NCBI RefSeq assembly: GCF_009914755.1
Contig: NC_060930.1
Direction: 5' to 3' (one strand)
Length of the DNA: 64,000 nt
Source of the DNA: the human T2T-CHM13v2.0 reference genome, Homo sapiens
The first letter of the stretch is position 1; every line of letters starts with the position of its first letter. Shown here piece after piece: positions 15,827-29,069 of this stretch. The position numbers and the translations under genes were made by a program. A model generated the notes under the pieces. The model was not told the origin of the DNA, did not search any database, and saw only the letters and a program-made list of their open reading frames with translations.

Positions 15827-16289
15827 CTGCTATAATGTGGACAGCCCATGAGATAAAGAATTGTCCCAAGTCTCCATGGTTTTCAAGCATCCCACAGGCA
15901 TTCATGAGGGGGAAAACTCTTCCTAAATATCTCCACCTAAGAACTCCATTTTACATAGAAATACAAAACATTTTTTCACAGTTTTCACATTTGCTGAATT
16001 TTCCAGGAATGCAACTACCATGTAAATTGAGAGCAGTTTGTACTTCATCTGTTTAAAACTCTACTAAGAAGCTGCTCACTATTTGGGAAAAATAAGATCA
16101 CCTATAGCAATGTTGTCCATGGTATTTGAGTAGCCAAACACCTACCTCTATCACTCTGCCTTTGGGACTTTTGTAAGCAACCATGTGACAGAGTTGCTTT
16201 GAGTCTCATCTTAACTGACAACCAAAAAATTATGAAATTAGCAAAGACACATGAAATACTTTAAAAGAATTATTTTAAAATGTTTTGTA

Positions 16290-16603
16290 GGCTGAGTGCA
16301 GTGGCTCACACCTGTAATCCCAACCCTGGGAGGCTGCGGCAGGTGGATTGCTTGAGCCCAGGAGTTTGAGACCAATCTGGGCAACACGGCAAAACTGTCT
16401 CTGCCAAAAAAAATAATAATAATAAGATAAAATAAAATAATCAGCTGAGCATGGTGGCACGTGCCTGTAGTCCCAGCTACTTGGGAGGTTGAGGTGAGAG
16501 GACTGGCTGAGCCCAGGAGGTCAAGACTGCAGGGAGCTGTGACTGCATCACTGCACTCCAGCCTGGATGGCAGAATGGGACCCTGTCTCAAAATAAATAA
16601 AAT
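16290..16603 (+). mobile_element. Alu (AluJ)
   Basis: gcttgagcccaggagtttgag and gagcccaggaggtcaagactgc J-type segments. Confidence 0.92.
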
Positions 16604-17362
16604 ATTTTATGATAGCTATTAAATGTATATTACTTTTGTTACCTAATGGTAAGAAATACATTGTGAAACTGCATACTGTGGTGACTCATTCCTTACTTGC
16701 CTACAGTCTCTCAGTCTTACTCAGACGCTGTTTCCAGAGGTCTACCACAGCCTCCCAGCCCCTATTTCACTCTGTCTCTTTCCAGTCCATTCTGTCTGCT
16801 CCATTGACCATGGAAGCCCACGTCTCCAAAGCTTTCTGTAGTGTGAATTAAGGAGCTCCATCTAGGAGCTATGATCTTGGCCATTCTCAGTCACAACACT
16901 GTCCCATGTCAAAAGGCAAGAAATTATTTTGACACTACACTTGGAGGTGAGCTCTGAGTTCACCTGTGAGGATCTCACACTTGCCCACTTCCGACAGTCT
17001 ACCTTTCTTTGGGCGTATGACTTCAGGTGAGGTTATCTTCTCTTTCTTGCATCATATAGACATAATTTTGGCCTGTTATTTACCCTAGTGCATACACCTC
17101 CCTTTACTCTTTCATTTTCTATACTGTTTCTACAGACGGGCTTCTGATCTTCTTCACTTCTTGTGAAACCAAACATTATAAGCAGGTGCAAACATTGTTT
17201 CATATGTTTTCCAAAGTAGCTGTGCGTGAGCATTTATATGTTACATATTTTTTCATAATTACTTCTCTTTTATCCCTCCTTAATTTTATAATTGGGACAT
17301 TATGTGTGCTTTAAAATTATGTGTGTGGGTAGCTTTTATTTCTATACATAGAGGGGACATTA

Positions 17363-17684
<322 letters not shown>

Positions 17685-17859
17685 ACAAAATATCCATTGT
17701 GAGAAGAAGGTGGCTGTTGTGTCTGATGAGAACGCGTGCTCTGACAGGAAGAACTGCTTGTCATGTCAAAGGTGGCTTCTACCATCCGAGGCATGTTGTG
17801 AAGATGGGAAGCAACATGATGGGACACTTTTTAAAAGATCCCTGCGGGAAGAGTTGAGG

Positions 17860-18165
17860 GAATTGAGGTTGCCAAGCCCAGAGCATCCACAACATTCAGT
17901 CCTCAAATACCTCAAAGGCAGTTGCGCACACTGAGGTTTGGATGGGCTCAGGGTGGCCCCAGGGGACAGAAACTTGGCCAATGGGAATATTCTCAGAGAG
18001 GCGGATGTTCATTCAAGATGTTCTTCAGATATCTGAGGGTTCTTATGGCATAGACTAAGATAGGGAATGATTTGCTTACTTAAGGCTGCCCCCAGTGGGA
18101 TCCTCATCTTCCCCTCTGCCCTCCGCAGCTGCTATTGAAGGTGTTCAAACAGATGCTGGAGGCTG
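17860..18165 (+). mobile_element. L3/CR1-like 3' fragment
   Basis: gtcctcaaatacctcaaaggc…gtggccccaggggacagaa…ccaatggg…gaaggtgttcaaacagatgctgga. Confidence 0.5.
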
Positions 18166-18209
18166 TAGAGGGGCAACTCTGAGAGGTGTCCAATCTGGAC
18201 CCATCTGTG

Positions 18210-18420
18210 TATGGAACAGCTTCAGGGTGTCACCTCTGGGACCAGGCTGCTGAGGTCCAAATCTTATGCCAGCAGCTTCCTAATGAGGTGACAATGGAGC
18301 AACTTGATTTCTCTGTGTCTGACTTTCCTCGTGTGTAGGATGGAGGTGATGCTTTAAAATCCCCTTCTCTGAGGGTTGTTATGGCATAGACTAAGCACTC
18401 AGTAGATGTCAGCTATTTCT
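18210..18420 (+). mobile_element. MIR with internal deletion
   Basis: tctgactttcctcgtgtgtaggatggagg…gagggttgttatg joined directly to gcatagactaagcactcagtagatgtcagctatt. Confidence 0.7.
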
Positions 18421-19787
18421 GTTAATCTTTATAAAGCACTACAGGGCAAAACAGAAATAAGAAACAGAGTCCTAAGAACTTTCCACTTCCCCATTGAGAC
18501 CCAGTAATAACATTTTTAACCTTGGGTTCCAAGAAACTTTCCTGTATTATTATAGGATAGTTCCTTTTTGTGTTTGTGCGAATTTAAGTTACTTTAAGTT
18601 ACCTGCAACCAAAGTAGTTTGACTAATACAGATGAAGAGGATCTAAAATACCTACTGAAAACAGGGCTAAGAAAAGCTGACAAAATAGTGCCAGCATTTA
18701 GGGGTTAATATGGCAGTAGACTCCGGATCTTGCTTGGTGGGCCCCCCCGAACTTTCCACTAGAATACCTGTGAGTGTACACAAAACTCGATGAACTTGCA
18801 ACACCCCTGGACATTAGAGAGGGGAGAAAGCCATGTTCCAGAATATAGGGAAATTTTCACTGCTTTGGGGTGGAGGAGGTTGGGTTGAAAATTACCCTTG
18901 TGAACCATACGTCCCTGGTCCCTGAACCAGCACAGTAATGGATGGCTGGAGAGAAGGTAGTTTCTGACTCAACTCAATTAGAAGGCCCCTTTAATAGCTT
19001 GACAACACTTCTCTGAGCCGACTAACTTGTCTTTCGTGTGTGCATGTAGCAAGGATGGTCTTAAATAGGCAAGGGCTCAAAAAATATGCCATCCTATACA
19101 TTCCTGAAAACATCACTCAAATAGGAATGTCATGCTGTAAGTATTGAAGCCAATTGAACATACACATAATTCTTTCCAATATGGTTTCAAAACTGATACA
19201 GAAATAAAACTCTTGAAAAAGATCTATATGAGGAAATACTTCACATATTTTAGAAATAACAAACAAAAAAGAGAGCGTGTGAAGGGAAAGAGGGTTCTGT
19301 ACCTAAGGGAAAAGTTGTTCTTAACTTTAATAATGAGAGAAATTGATTTAAGCATGTAGCTCATAAACCTAAATGTAACCTCACATAGTCTTAAAACAGA
19401 ATGCCTACATCAAAATTACTATAGGAGATGAAAGCAAATAAAAGATACCATATATCCCACATGACAAGAGATGCAAACCAAGAAAATAACAAAGACGCAT
19501 AATGAGCAGGAAGCATACATCAAGGCGACTGAAACAGGACCAAGAGCATCACTAGAATTATCAGTGGTTAATGACAAGTAGGATACAACACCATACACAT
19601 ATGAATGCAATTATTTAAAACATGTATCGAAGAGTCTGTATGGAAAAGTGTTTAAATTAGTTGCATTTTGCTTGTATGTGAATTTCTTCTGTTTCTTTGT
19701 CCTTTTCTGGGGTTTGCAATTTGTCAACAATGAACATGTATTACTGTACAGGGCTCATTACTGCAAGCAATAGAAACTAATTCTGAC

Positions 19788-20086
19788 TTTTTTTTTTTTT
19801 TTTTTTGAGATAGAGTCTCACTCTGTCGCCCAGGCTGGAGTGCAGTGGCATGATCTTGGCTCGCTGCAATCTCTGCCTCCTAGGTTCAGCCATTCTCCTG
19901 CCTCAGCTACTCAGAGTAGCTGTGACTACAGGTATACGCCACCATGCCCGGCTAATTTTTGTATTTTTAGTAGAGATGGGGTTTCACCATGTTGGCCAGG
20001 CTGGTCTTAAACTCCTGACATCAAGTGATCCACCCCTTGGCCTCCCAAAGTGCTCATATTACAGACGTGATCCACCACGCCCAGCC
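19788..20086 (-). mobile_element. Alu (AluS)
   Basis: Reverse dimer; TSD ctaa(t/c)tctgact. Confidence 0.93.
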
Positions 20087-20392
20087 TAACTCTGACTGTT
20101 TAAGCTTTTTAAAAAATGAAAGAATGTATCAGAAGGCTGTTGAGAGTTTACTGAATCAAGGAGAGGCCTAAGGGACTTGCCTGTGATGATAGTAATGAAA
20201 GCAGCTTGTTTATGGTTTTTATGTCCTGGTTTTACTTATGAATGGGGCAAATTGATTCTTAGTACTCCCACCCAAAATGTTCTCACAAAAGTATTCAGTG
20301 CTGGCCCTTTACTCTGCTGAAACTACTGGGAATGCATCCTCTCTCCTCCTATGCATTCCTCTAGCTGGTTTCAAGGACTTGGTGAGTGTATC

Positions 20393-20731
20393 TGTATTAG
20401 GGTTTTCCCTATAAACACAGGCAATCAGTAGTAGAAAGAGAGAGAGGAAGTAGGCCAACAGGATGGAGACCCAGGGAAGAGATGTTGTTGGAGTCTGAAA
20501 GTCGTCTGTTGGCAGAATTCCCTCTGCTTAGGGGAACATCAGTCTTTCCCTTAAGGTTTTCAACTGATAGGATGAGGCCCACCCACACTTTATCTGCTCT
20601 ACTTAAAGTTTACTGATTTAAATGTTAATCTCATTTAAAAAAATACCTTCACAGTAATTTCTAGACTAGCACTTAACCAAACAACTGAGTACCATGGCCT
20701 AGCCAAGTTGACACATAACATAATCATCCCA
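20393..20731 (-). mobile_element. MLT2D-like LTR
   Basis: tgtattagggtttt…ttcaactgataggatgaggcccaccca…gcctagccaagttgacacataa. Confidence 0.8.
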
Positions 20732-23700
20732 GCATCCAGTTGGTTGAATCCAGGATGTGAGCTGGAGCGTGGAGGGAGGGAGGAGCCCGCCTTTACTGCG
20801 GTAGGGAGGAGCAGTGCTCGGGGCTCCACCAATACCACCAATGAGGGGGGTGCCCCAGAAGCAGGGAGGGAGCCAGGTGCTACACAGCTTTTTAAAAAGA
20901 TAAACATTTGGCACAATTACATTTACAGATAACCAAAAAAAAAATTTTTCTTTACAAAGGACTTGTAAGTTCAGCAGGAAGGCCTTGGTGAGATTTGGAG
21001 GCACGAGTCATGTAAGCATGGTTTTATGACTGGATGAAGTGGTAGCTCCCCATCCCCACCCAGTGCTTTCCACTTCTGGCCTTGGCTAGGTTGGGGGACT
21101 GCATCACAAGCCACTCATCAACCAAGCTAGGAGCTGGCCTTCATCCTGACCCTCCCTCTGACTCATTGGTGTCCCAGCAGTCACCAATCGCTCCATCTCC
21201 CGTGTCTCTCCCCTCTATCCCTGGGGCCGCCATCCTGACCCAGGTTCTCATCGTCTCTCACCTGGACTCTTACCTGAACCTCCTGGTTGCTCTTTCTTCC
21301 CAGCTGCCTTCTCTACCATCGCTGACCATCCTTCACATGCCCCCTGGCTTGACTTTCTAAGAAACCACCCACACACTGCTGCCCTTAGCCTTGCCAATTA
21401 CCTGCCTCCATGTGGGCTCCCAGAGTGTGGAGAGGGTCTGCTCCAACTTCCAGATGTAGGGGACTCTGGACCCAACTGATGAATGTGCTGTGATCAATGG
21501 AGCTGCCAGGTCCATCATGGTCCACCACAAATGAGGACAGAACACAGGACACAAATAAAAAGTTGGAAACTATAGAAGTTTAAATAAATCGACCTTTCCC
21601 ACCTGAGGAGGTGAAATAAAACTTAGATTCACTCCATTTTGCTCAAAATGTTTTTCTGGATAATATTTTCACTCAATTTGCCTGTCTACAGCCCCCATTG
21701 TATACTCTATTATCTAAATATAAGTTTGTGTTAGTCTATCATACCTTCTTCTGTATTCTTTTACATGTATATTCAACCATTCAGCAAAGCTTTGTTGAGT
21801 GCCTATCCTCTGTCAGGCACTAGGTCAGGTGCTGAGTGTACCCAGATGTGTAAGATCAGGGCTATCTATTGTAGCTTCATACATGCATCAATTTTTCCCG
21901 GCCACAGGCTGGGTATGAAGCAAGTGCCTGTCGTAGTAATAGGCACTCAGCCCACTGTAGTCTGTGAGTTGAAAGTTATTATTTGAATGTTTTATTGGAA
22001 TTCCATACACAAAAATTAATAAAAGTACGGTTATATCTTTCATCAGACTCTTAACAAGAAAGGATAAACAGCTGAAACAGTGTTAGCCTAAAATTGAGCT
22101 ACTCTATAAATTCTCATCATTTTAAAAAGAAAAAATAGAAGGCATTTCTTTTCCTTGGCTTCTTATTCTGCTCCGGTTGGTAAAGCCATCATCTCCTTAT
22201 TTCTTTTCCTCCATTTCTGCATGTGCCATAGGTTACTGAGTTGCCTATCTTCAACAGATGTGACAGTTACTCAAACCCTCCAAAATATTTGATCATTGTG
22301 GGGAGAAGCACATTTGTGAAACATTATTCCATGGATATAATTTTGGCTTTGCAACATTTAGTGGAAAAGATAAAGGAAGCATCCTAACGTTTCCCTCTAA
22401 ATACCCACATGGTCTACAACTCTAAAATGAATCTCATTTAAAAAATATAAAGCAAATCAAACGTCCATCTGTATCCTACCGTCTACCAAATAATCTTAAA
22501 ATCAAGTAAAAAATGGCAGCTGGTAGCATGCAAACCAACTGTTTGTTTGTTTTGATGTAGTCAGAAGCAGATGATTTAAATCACCTGCCAAACATTTACT
22601 TTGTGTTTCTGAAATTTAAATGCAGTTGTCATGGCAACACAACATTTGGATGATCTGAAAACTGGGACAACTGCATTTTTGGACCCAACTTCCTTTCTAT
22701 GTCAATCTAAACTATATATATATATTTGGCTTCAGCCCTGGAAAAGCCCAGTACAGTGCTTGCAAAAATGTGATTACTAATCACCAACAGTGAGAATACC
22801 TGTAGGAAGATTAAATACCCTTCCCAAGATGGTTCCAGCTGATTATTCCAACTGCCTTCCACTGGCCGCTGCTCGGCCCCTCCACTCTGGCCCAGCTGCC
22901 TTCCTCCCCAGTCCTTTAATGAGCTACCTGCATTCCTACCACTACCCTTTCTTGGCTTCACCCTGTGCCTTTCCAACCTAAAGGAAGGCTCTTTCCTCTT
23001 CACACAATGTAAGTAATTTCCCTCCATCCTCCAAAGATAGGAGCAGCTGTCGTCTCCTCCTTAAGCCTCCCTTGACCATGACAGTTCACACTCTTCCTGC
23101 ACAGTTATAGGACAAGGACTCTATTTGAGTGGGGCAGGGAGAAGGGAGACCCTTCACTTCCTCAACATTTGAAAAATGTGGCTGTTGCAATTGCATTCTA
23201 ACTGATTCCCAAGTCATGAGTCACTTTCTTCTACATTATTAGATCTACCAGAATTATTATAAAATAAATTTGATCATGTTTCTCTGTCACTTAAAATATT
23301 CAATTGTAAATCCTAAAATGATGAAAGATCTAAAACTCAGGTCCCAGAAACATGGCATACTTAGCTAATGCAGACCCTACTCTCTCTTTATCACATCTCC
23401 CCACAAACACATAGAAACACTATGTAAAATATAGCAAAATTATTTAAAATGCATAGCTGAGCTCAAAAGCTCAGATACCAGAAACAAAGAAGGAACTTAA
23501 TGTCAGAATGAGTAGTAAATTTATAACTTGAGGTCTCAGATATCGGGATGAGGTCAGGAATTGGATTTGCATTTAGGCCCCAAAGGCTAGGGGAGGGATT
23601 TTAATACTCAAGTAAAGGCAGGAGGTGTCATCCTGGGCCCACATGAGGCAAAGAGCTGGAACTAAGACCCCCAAATAAACTAAGACTCTGGAGAAGCTAT

Positions 23701-24445
23701 CCTTTCAATGAAAGAGGGACCAAAAAAAACTATATTCTCCCAAGAAAACAACAATAAAGTGTACCCTAGCCAGGGTCCTGGAAGGAAAAAGATTCCCAGT
23801 GAAATACTGAAGTTCCAAACCTGCATTATGCAGAGGTGTGGAGTCAAAATTTACAGTGCCTTCATTGTGTGAAAATTTACAAGCTAAAATTTTAATATGA
23901 AAATTAGTCTCACACTGGTGAAATCTCTGGTTACCTGGCAGAATAAAATATAAGATACTTCCCAAAGATATTTTCTTAGTTGAAAATACAAGTGATTTTC
24001 TCAGGAAAAAAAAAATCCTAAAGAAATGAGCTCATAAACAAAAACTATAAACTGCAGGAAGAAACAATTCACCACAGACACAATAAACAGAAAGATTAGC
24101 AAGAACTTGAGATTACAATAGAACTGGAAATGGCTGTTAAAATAAGTCTTTAAAATTATATTTTTAAAAGATATCATCATTTAAAAATAGGACTATATAA
24201 CAAGATCCATATAGCTCCTATAGAAATAAAAATATATATTTTTTGAAATTTAAAATTCAATTGCTAGGTTAACAACAGATTGGACTTACTGAGGAAAGAC
24301 TTGGATCTTTAAGAAATATCCCAGAGTACAACATAGAAAGATAAAGAGATGGGGAAAATGTAAACAGGTTAAAAGACTTAGAAGATAAACTCAAAGGTCT
24401 AATATACATCTCCATCAGTTAGCTTTTGTTGCCTAACAAACCACT

Positions 24446-24760
24446 GTATGTCTGTTTATGATGTTTTTGCCTCTCAGCTCCAAATTCACCCTTTTTGCCA
24501 GCTCTGTGAAAATGGATCTGAGCCCATTAAACATGTTTTCTTTGCCATATAGCTTGATATTAAGCTATGTCAGTAGAGGGCACCTGGAAGAGCAAGGAGT
24601 TTTTCCTTCTGTTCTGGTATGCTCACGATGTGCATGGCTTCCCCAGAAGTGAACTCCTGATGTGTGGGCAGTGTGCCCAGCACCAGGCTTCTGCAGGGCT
24701 CTCATCTTCTCTAGAGCACAACTCCTGCAGGATGCAGCCACCAGCAGCACCTAATGCCCA
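24446..24760 (+). mobile_element. LTR41/LTR33-like ERVL LTR fragment
   Basis: ttgcctctcagctccaaattcaccctttttgcc…gtcagtagagggcac. Confidence 0.7.
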
Positions 24761-24769
24761 GAAAACATC

Positions 24770-26400
24770 AGAGAATACACATGTCAACAGTAATTGGAAT
24801 AAAAGAGAGGACATCGCTAATGATTTTATAGACATTAAAAGGATAATAGGGGAATATTATTAACAGCATAATGTTAATTAATTTGGTAATTTAGATAAAA
24901 TGAAAAATTCCTTGAAAGGCACATTTTACCAAAACTGACTCAAAGTAAAAAAGGATGCAAATAAATCTCTATCAACCAAAGAAATTGAATTTGTAACAAA
25001 AAGTCTTCCCATTAAAAAGAAAGCTTAGGCCTTTGACTCTATCAGGTAACTTAATATCAACCAAAAATGTTCAAGATAATGCAGTGCTGGCAGAAGATTA
25101 GACATACAGACTGACAGAACAGGATAGAGAGCCCTGAAACAGACCTCATATCAATGCTCAACAAAGTTGTCCAGGCATTTCAACGGGGGAAAAGACAATC
25201 CTTTCAACAAATGGTGTCTTAACAACTGGATGTTTGCATACTTAAAACAATGAACCCCAACCTTTAGCTCACATCATACACAGAAATTAGCTCAAAATAG
25301 TTCATGGACCTAAATGTAAGAGCTAAAGCCATAAAACAAATGAGAAAATCTTCATGATCTCATGATAGGCAAAGATTTCTTAGAGCATAAACTGTAAAAG
25401 AAAAAAATGATAAGTTGGACTTATTTTGGTTTTCAAAAGATACCATTAAAAATAAAAAGCCAAGAAATACATAAAAAGGAACTTGGGGAAAATATTTATA
25501 AAACAAATATCTGATAAAGAACATATCTAAAACAGATTAAGAATTTTGCTTCTAAATAATAAGACAAAAAACCTAATTTTAAAATGGGCAAAGGATTTGA
25601 ACAGATACTTCACAAAAGATGCTATATTATATGATGCTCAACATTGTTTGTTGCCAGGGAAATGCACATGAAAACGATGAGATACAACTGCATGCACACT
25701 AGAATGACAAAAACTAAAAAGACTGACAGTATCATGTGCTGGTGAAGATGTGGAGCAACTAGAAATCTCACATGTTTCTGTTGGGAATTGGGAATGGAAA
25801 ATGGTACAGCCATTTTGGAACAGTATGTCATGTTATTATATAGTTAAACATCCTCTTATCATATGATCACTCAATTTCATTTCTAGGTCCATACTCAAGA
25901 GAAATAAAAACACATGTCTACAAAAACACTGGTATGCAATGTTCATAGTAACATTATTCACTATAACCCTTAACTGGAAACAGCCCAAATGTCTATCGAG
26001 GAGTAAATGAATAAACAAATTGTGGCATATCCATTGAACAAAATACTACTTGGCAATAAATAAGAATGACCACTGATATATACAACTGCATGAATGAATT
26101 TTTTTAAATATCATGCTAAGTAAAAGAAGCCTGCCACAAAATACTACATACAGTATGGTTTAATTTATATGGCATTATATCATAAAAGACAAAAATATAA
26201 TGACAGAAAGTGGGTTGTTTGGGACAAGGGTTGGTGATAGAAAATTGATTACAAGTGGATGCAAGGAAACTTGCTTGGATGTTTTGTATCTCCACTGTGG
26301 GGGTGGTAAGCTGTCTCTATATATTTCAAAACTCAATGAATTAAACACTTAAAATCACTGAATTGTATTATAAATTACTCCCTAATAAAGCTGTTGGGAA
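24770..26400 (+). mobile_element. Old L1M (MB/MC/MD-type) ORF2 fragments and 3' UTR
   Basis: tttcaacaaatggtg, aaatgggcaaaggatttgaacagatacttcac, aactggaaacagcccaaatgtctatc. Confidence 0.85.
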
Positions 26401-26713
26401 AAAATTCCAAGGTCTTTGATGATACTGTTGAGCTGTGGAATCAATTAACTATAAAATCTGCCCAGGCTACTTGCAAGCGAAGTCATTCTAATCAATCTAA
26501 CTGATAACTGTTCCCTTAACTCTTCGGTTATTGCATTGTAACCATTTGCTTATTCTTCCTTTCTCCACTGACTTATGAAATCTTCAGGAACGGAACCCTT
26601 GATGTTGGGTTTTTTTTTTTTCTGTCTGACATACAGAAGGAATTTTGTAAATTCCTGCTGAATAGTAATTGATGCAATCTCTCTCTGGCAAAGCTCATTT
26701 AAAACTGTAGTTT

Positions 26714-27008
26714 GGCTGGGTGTAGTGGCTCATGCCTGGAGTCCCAGGACTTTGGGAGGCCAAGACTGGAGGATCACTTGAGCCCAGGAGTTAAAGACCA
26801 GCCTAGGCAACATAGTGAGCTTCCATTTCTAAATAAAAAATAAAAAAATTATCCAGGTGTGGTGGTATGCACCTGTAGTCCCAACTACTCAGGAGGCTAA
26901 GGTGGGAGACTCACTCGAGCCCAGAAATTCGAGGCTACAGTTAACTACGACAGCATCACTGCACTTCAGCGAGACCCTGTCACCAAAACAAAAAACAAAA
27001 AACAAAAA
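26714..27008 (+). mobile_element. Alu (AluJ), TSD AAAACTRTAGTTTG
   Basis: Dimer with a small 3' deletion and (AAAAAC)n tail. Confidence 0.92.
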
Positions 27009-27699
27009 CTATAGTTTGATACCATTTTTTTTCCTTGAATCACCTTTTATTGATGCCTGTGTTTCCTCACTCCTTATTTATGGAACAAACGACTCACCTT
27101 CCTTGAAGTGAGTAAAGATGCAACTAACACCAACTCACAAAAAAAGAAAAGTACAGTTTTCTTGGAGTCATGAGGAGTCAAAATGCTTGAGCCTAAAGAG
27201 TGGCTTGATGAAAATCAGTTTGCATTTGTGTCACCTCCAGAGATGGCTCTCCTGGGCTCCTTAAGAGGTTTTCAGACTTAAGAGTCATTAGTGCAGTCTA
27301 TGCTAGAGCCACAATTAGGGATCACCCCACTCTGCCATCCAGAAGATATGATAGTGTATTGCTGTACAAATTATTCAATATATTATAGTTGCTTAAAAAA
27401 TAAAAAAGCATTATTGGAGTAGAGGCTAGTTGCTACAAATGCAGTGTAAGATGATTAGGAAGGTAAAAGAAAATGTACAAAGATAAGATAGGGAGTCAGT
27501 GTGGGCTACCTTCAAATGTGGAAGTTAGAGATAATGGAGGTCACTAGACTACAAACTTTGTGACTCCACAGGGAACTCATGTTTTAAAAAGTCAGAGTCA
27601 AAGGTGATCCTAAGATTTCATGCTTGGGGGTAGAACATGGTGATTCCTTAAGCAAAATGCGCCTTGTTAACTCTTTTGTCCCCAGTATTTAACACAAAG

Positions 27700-28251
27700 G
27701 TATATTGATGATCTAGTGCCACCAAACAAATTACTCCACTATTCAGCAGCTTAAAACAATGCACATTTATCTGGGGCATGACTTAGCTGGGTGCCTCTGA
27801 CTGAAGGTCTCTCTTGAGATTGCAGTTAGGTGTCACCCAAGGCTGCACTTATGTCAAGGCTCAACTAGGGCTTGAGAATTTATATGCAAGCTCAGTCATG
27901 TGACTGTTGGCAGGCCTCAGAAATCTCAGTAGGATCCAAACTTAGTCATGTTTTTGCAGGCTGACCTCAGTTCCTTGGCCATGGAACTCCTCCAATGGCT
28001 GCCCGGATATCCTCATGACATGGTAGCTAGTAATCAGAAAGAGAAAGACAGGGAATCATAGAGCAACCAAGATGGAAACCACAGTCTTTTTATAACCTAA
28101 TCTTGGAAGTGACACCCATCCCTTCAACCCTATTCCATTCATTAAAAACATTTCAATAAGTTCAGCTCACATTCCAGGGGAAGGGATTTTACAGGGAATG
28201 AATGGGGGAAAAGGGTATCATTGGGGGCTATCTTAGGGGCTGCCTACCACA
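27700..28251 (-). mobile_element. MLT1F/G-like MaLR LTR
   Basis: gcagcttaaaacaa…cttagctgggtgcctctgactgaaggtctctc…atcttaggggctgcctaccaca. Confidence 0.75.
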
Positions 28252-28388
28252 AAAGTCTAGTGGGCTCTCCACAAATATATGTCCAATTAATCAAAGAGCT
28301 AGGAAATAGAGAAACAATAGTAAGATTGGGAGAAAATTTTGTGAGATCAATTTAGTTACATGTTTAATTTTTTGTCCTTGTGTGAGAT

Positions 28389-28750
28389 TATGGCAGACAG
28401 TGTATTTACCAAACCCATTTCCTTCTTCCTCTGGGCATACAACTAGACTGCACTTCCAGCCTTGCTTAAAACTTAGATGAGGCCAAGTGCTTGGACCTGG
28501 CCAGTGTAAAGTGGGTGTAAATGGTTTCCCTCCTCCCCTATATGCCAGCCAGATGCTGATGTGATGATCCAGTGAAGGCCCCTGAAGACTTTGGGGAAGC
28601 CACTAAATGGAAAAGCCTGGGTCCCTGAATGACTGTGCAGAGCAGGGCTCTCCCCAGCCTCCCAACCAACCAATATCTTTGGGAGTGGGGGAAATTTTGA
28701 GTTAAGCCACTGAAATTTGGGGGTTATTTGTTGTAATAGACAATATACTA
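28389..28750 (+). mobile_element. MLT1 (H-J-like) MaLR LTR
   Basis: ccatttccttcttcctctgggcatacaactagactgcacttccagcc…ttaagccactgaaatttgggggttatttgtt. Confidence 0.7.
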
Positions 28751-29069
28751 TAAGATATTATAAAAACAGAGTAATTAAGACAAAGTGGCATTGACATAGA
28801 GATAGGAAATACACCAATAGAATGGAATCTGGAAGCCAGAAACACACCCATACATGTAGTATGATGCAGTTGGCATTGCAGATCAGAGAGGATACAGTGA
28901 CTTTGTCAGTTAATGATGATTAATTGACTGATTAGCCATGTTTAAGAAATTGAAGATAAATTTCTATCACCATGCACAAAAGCAATCCCACAATGATTTA
29001 AATGTCAACACAGCTACTGTTAGTGATCACAGTGATCTGTGTGCAAGAAAAAGAAAAGGATAGAGTACA

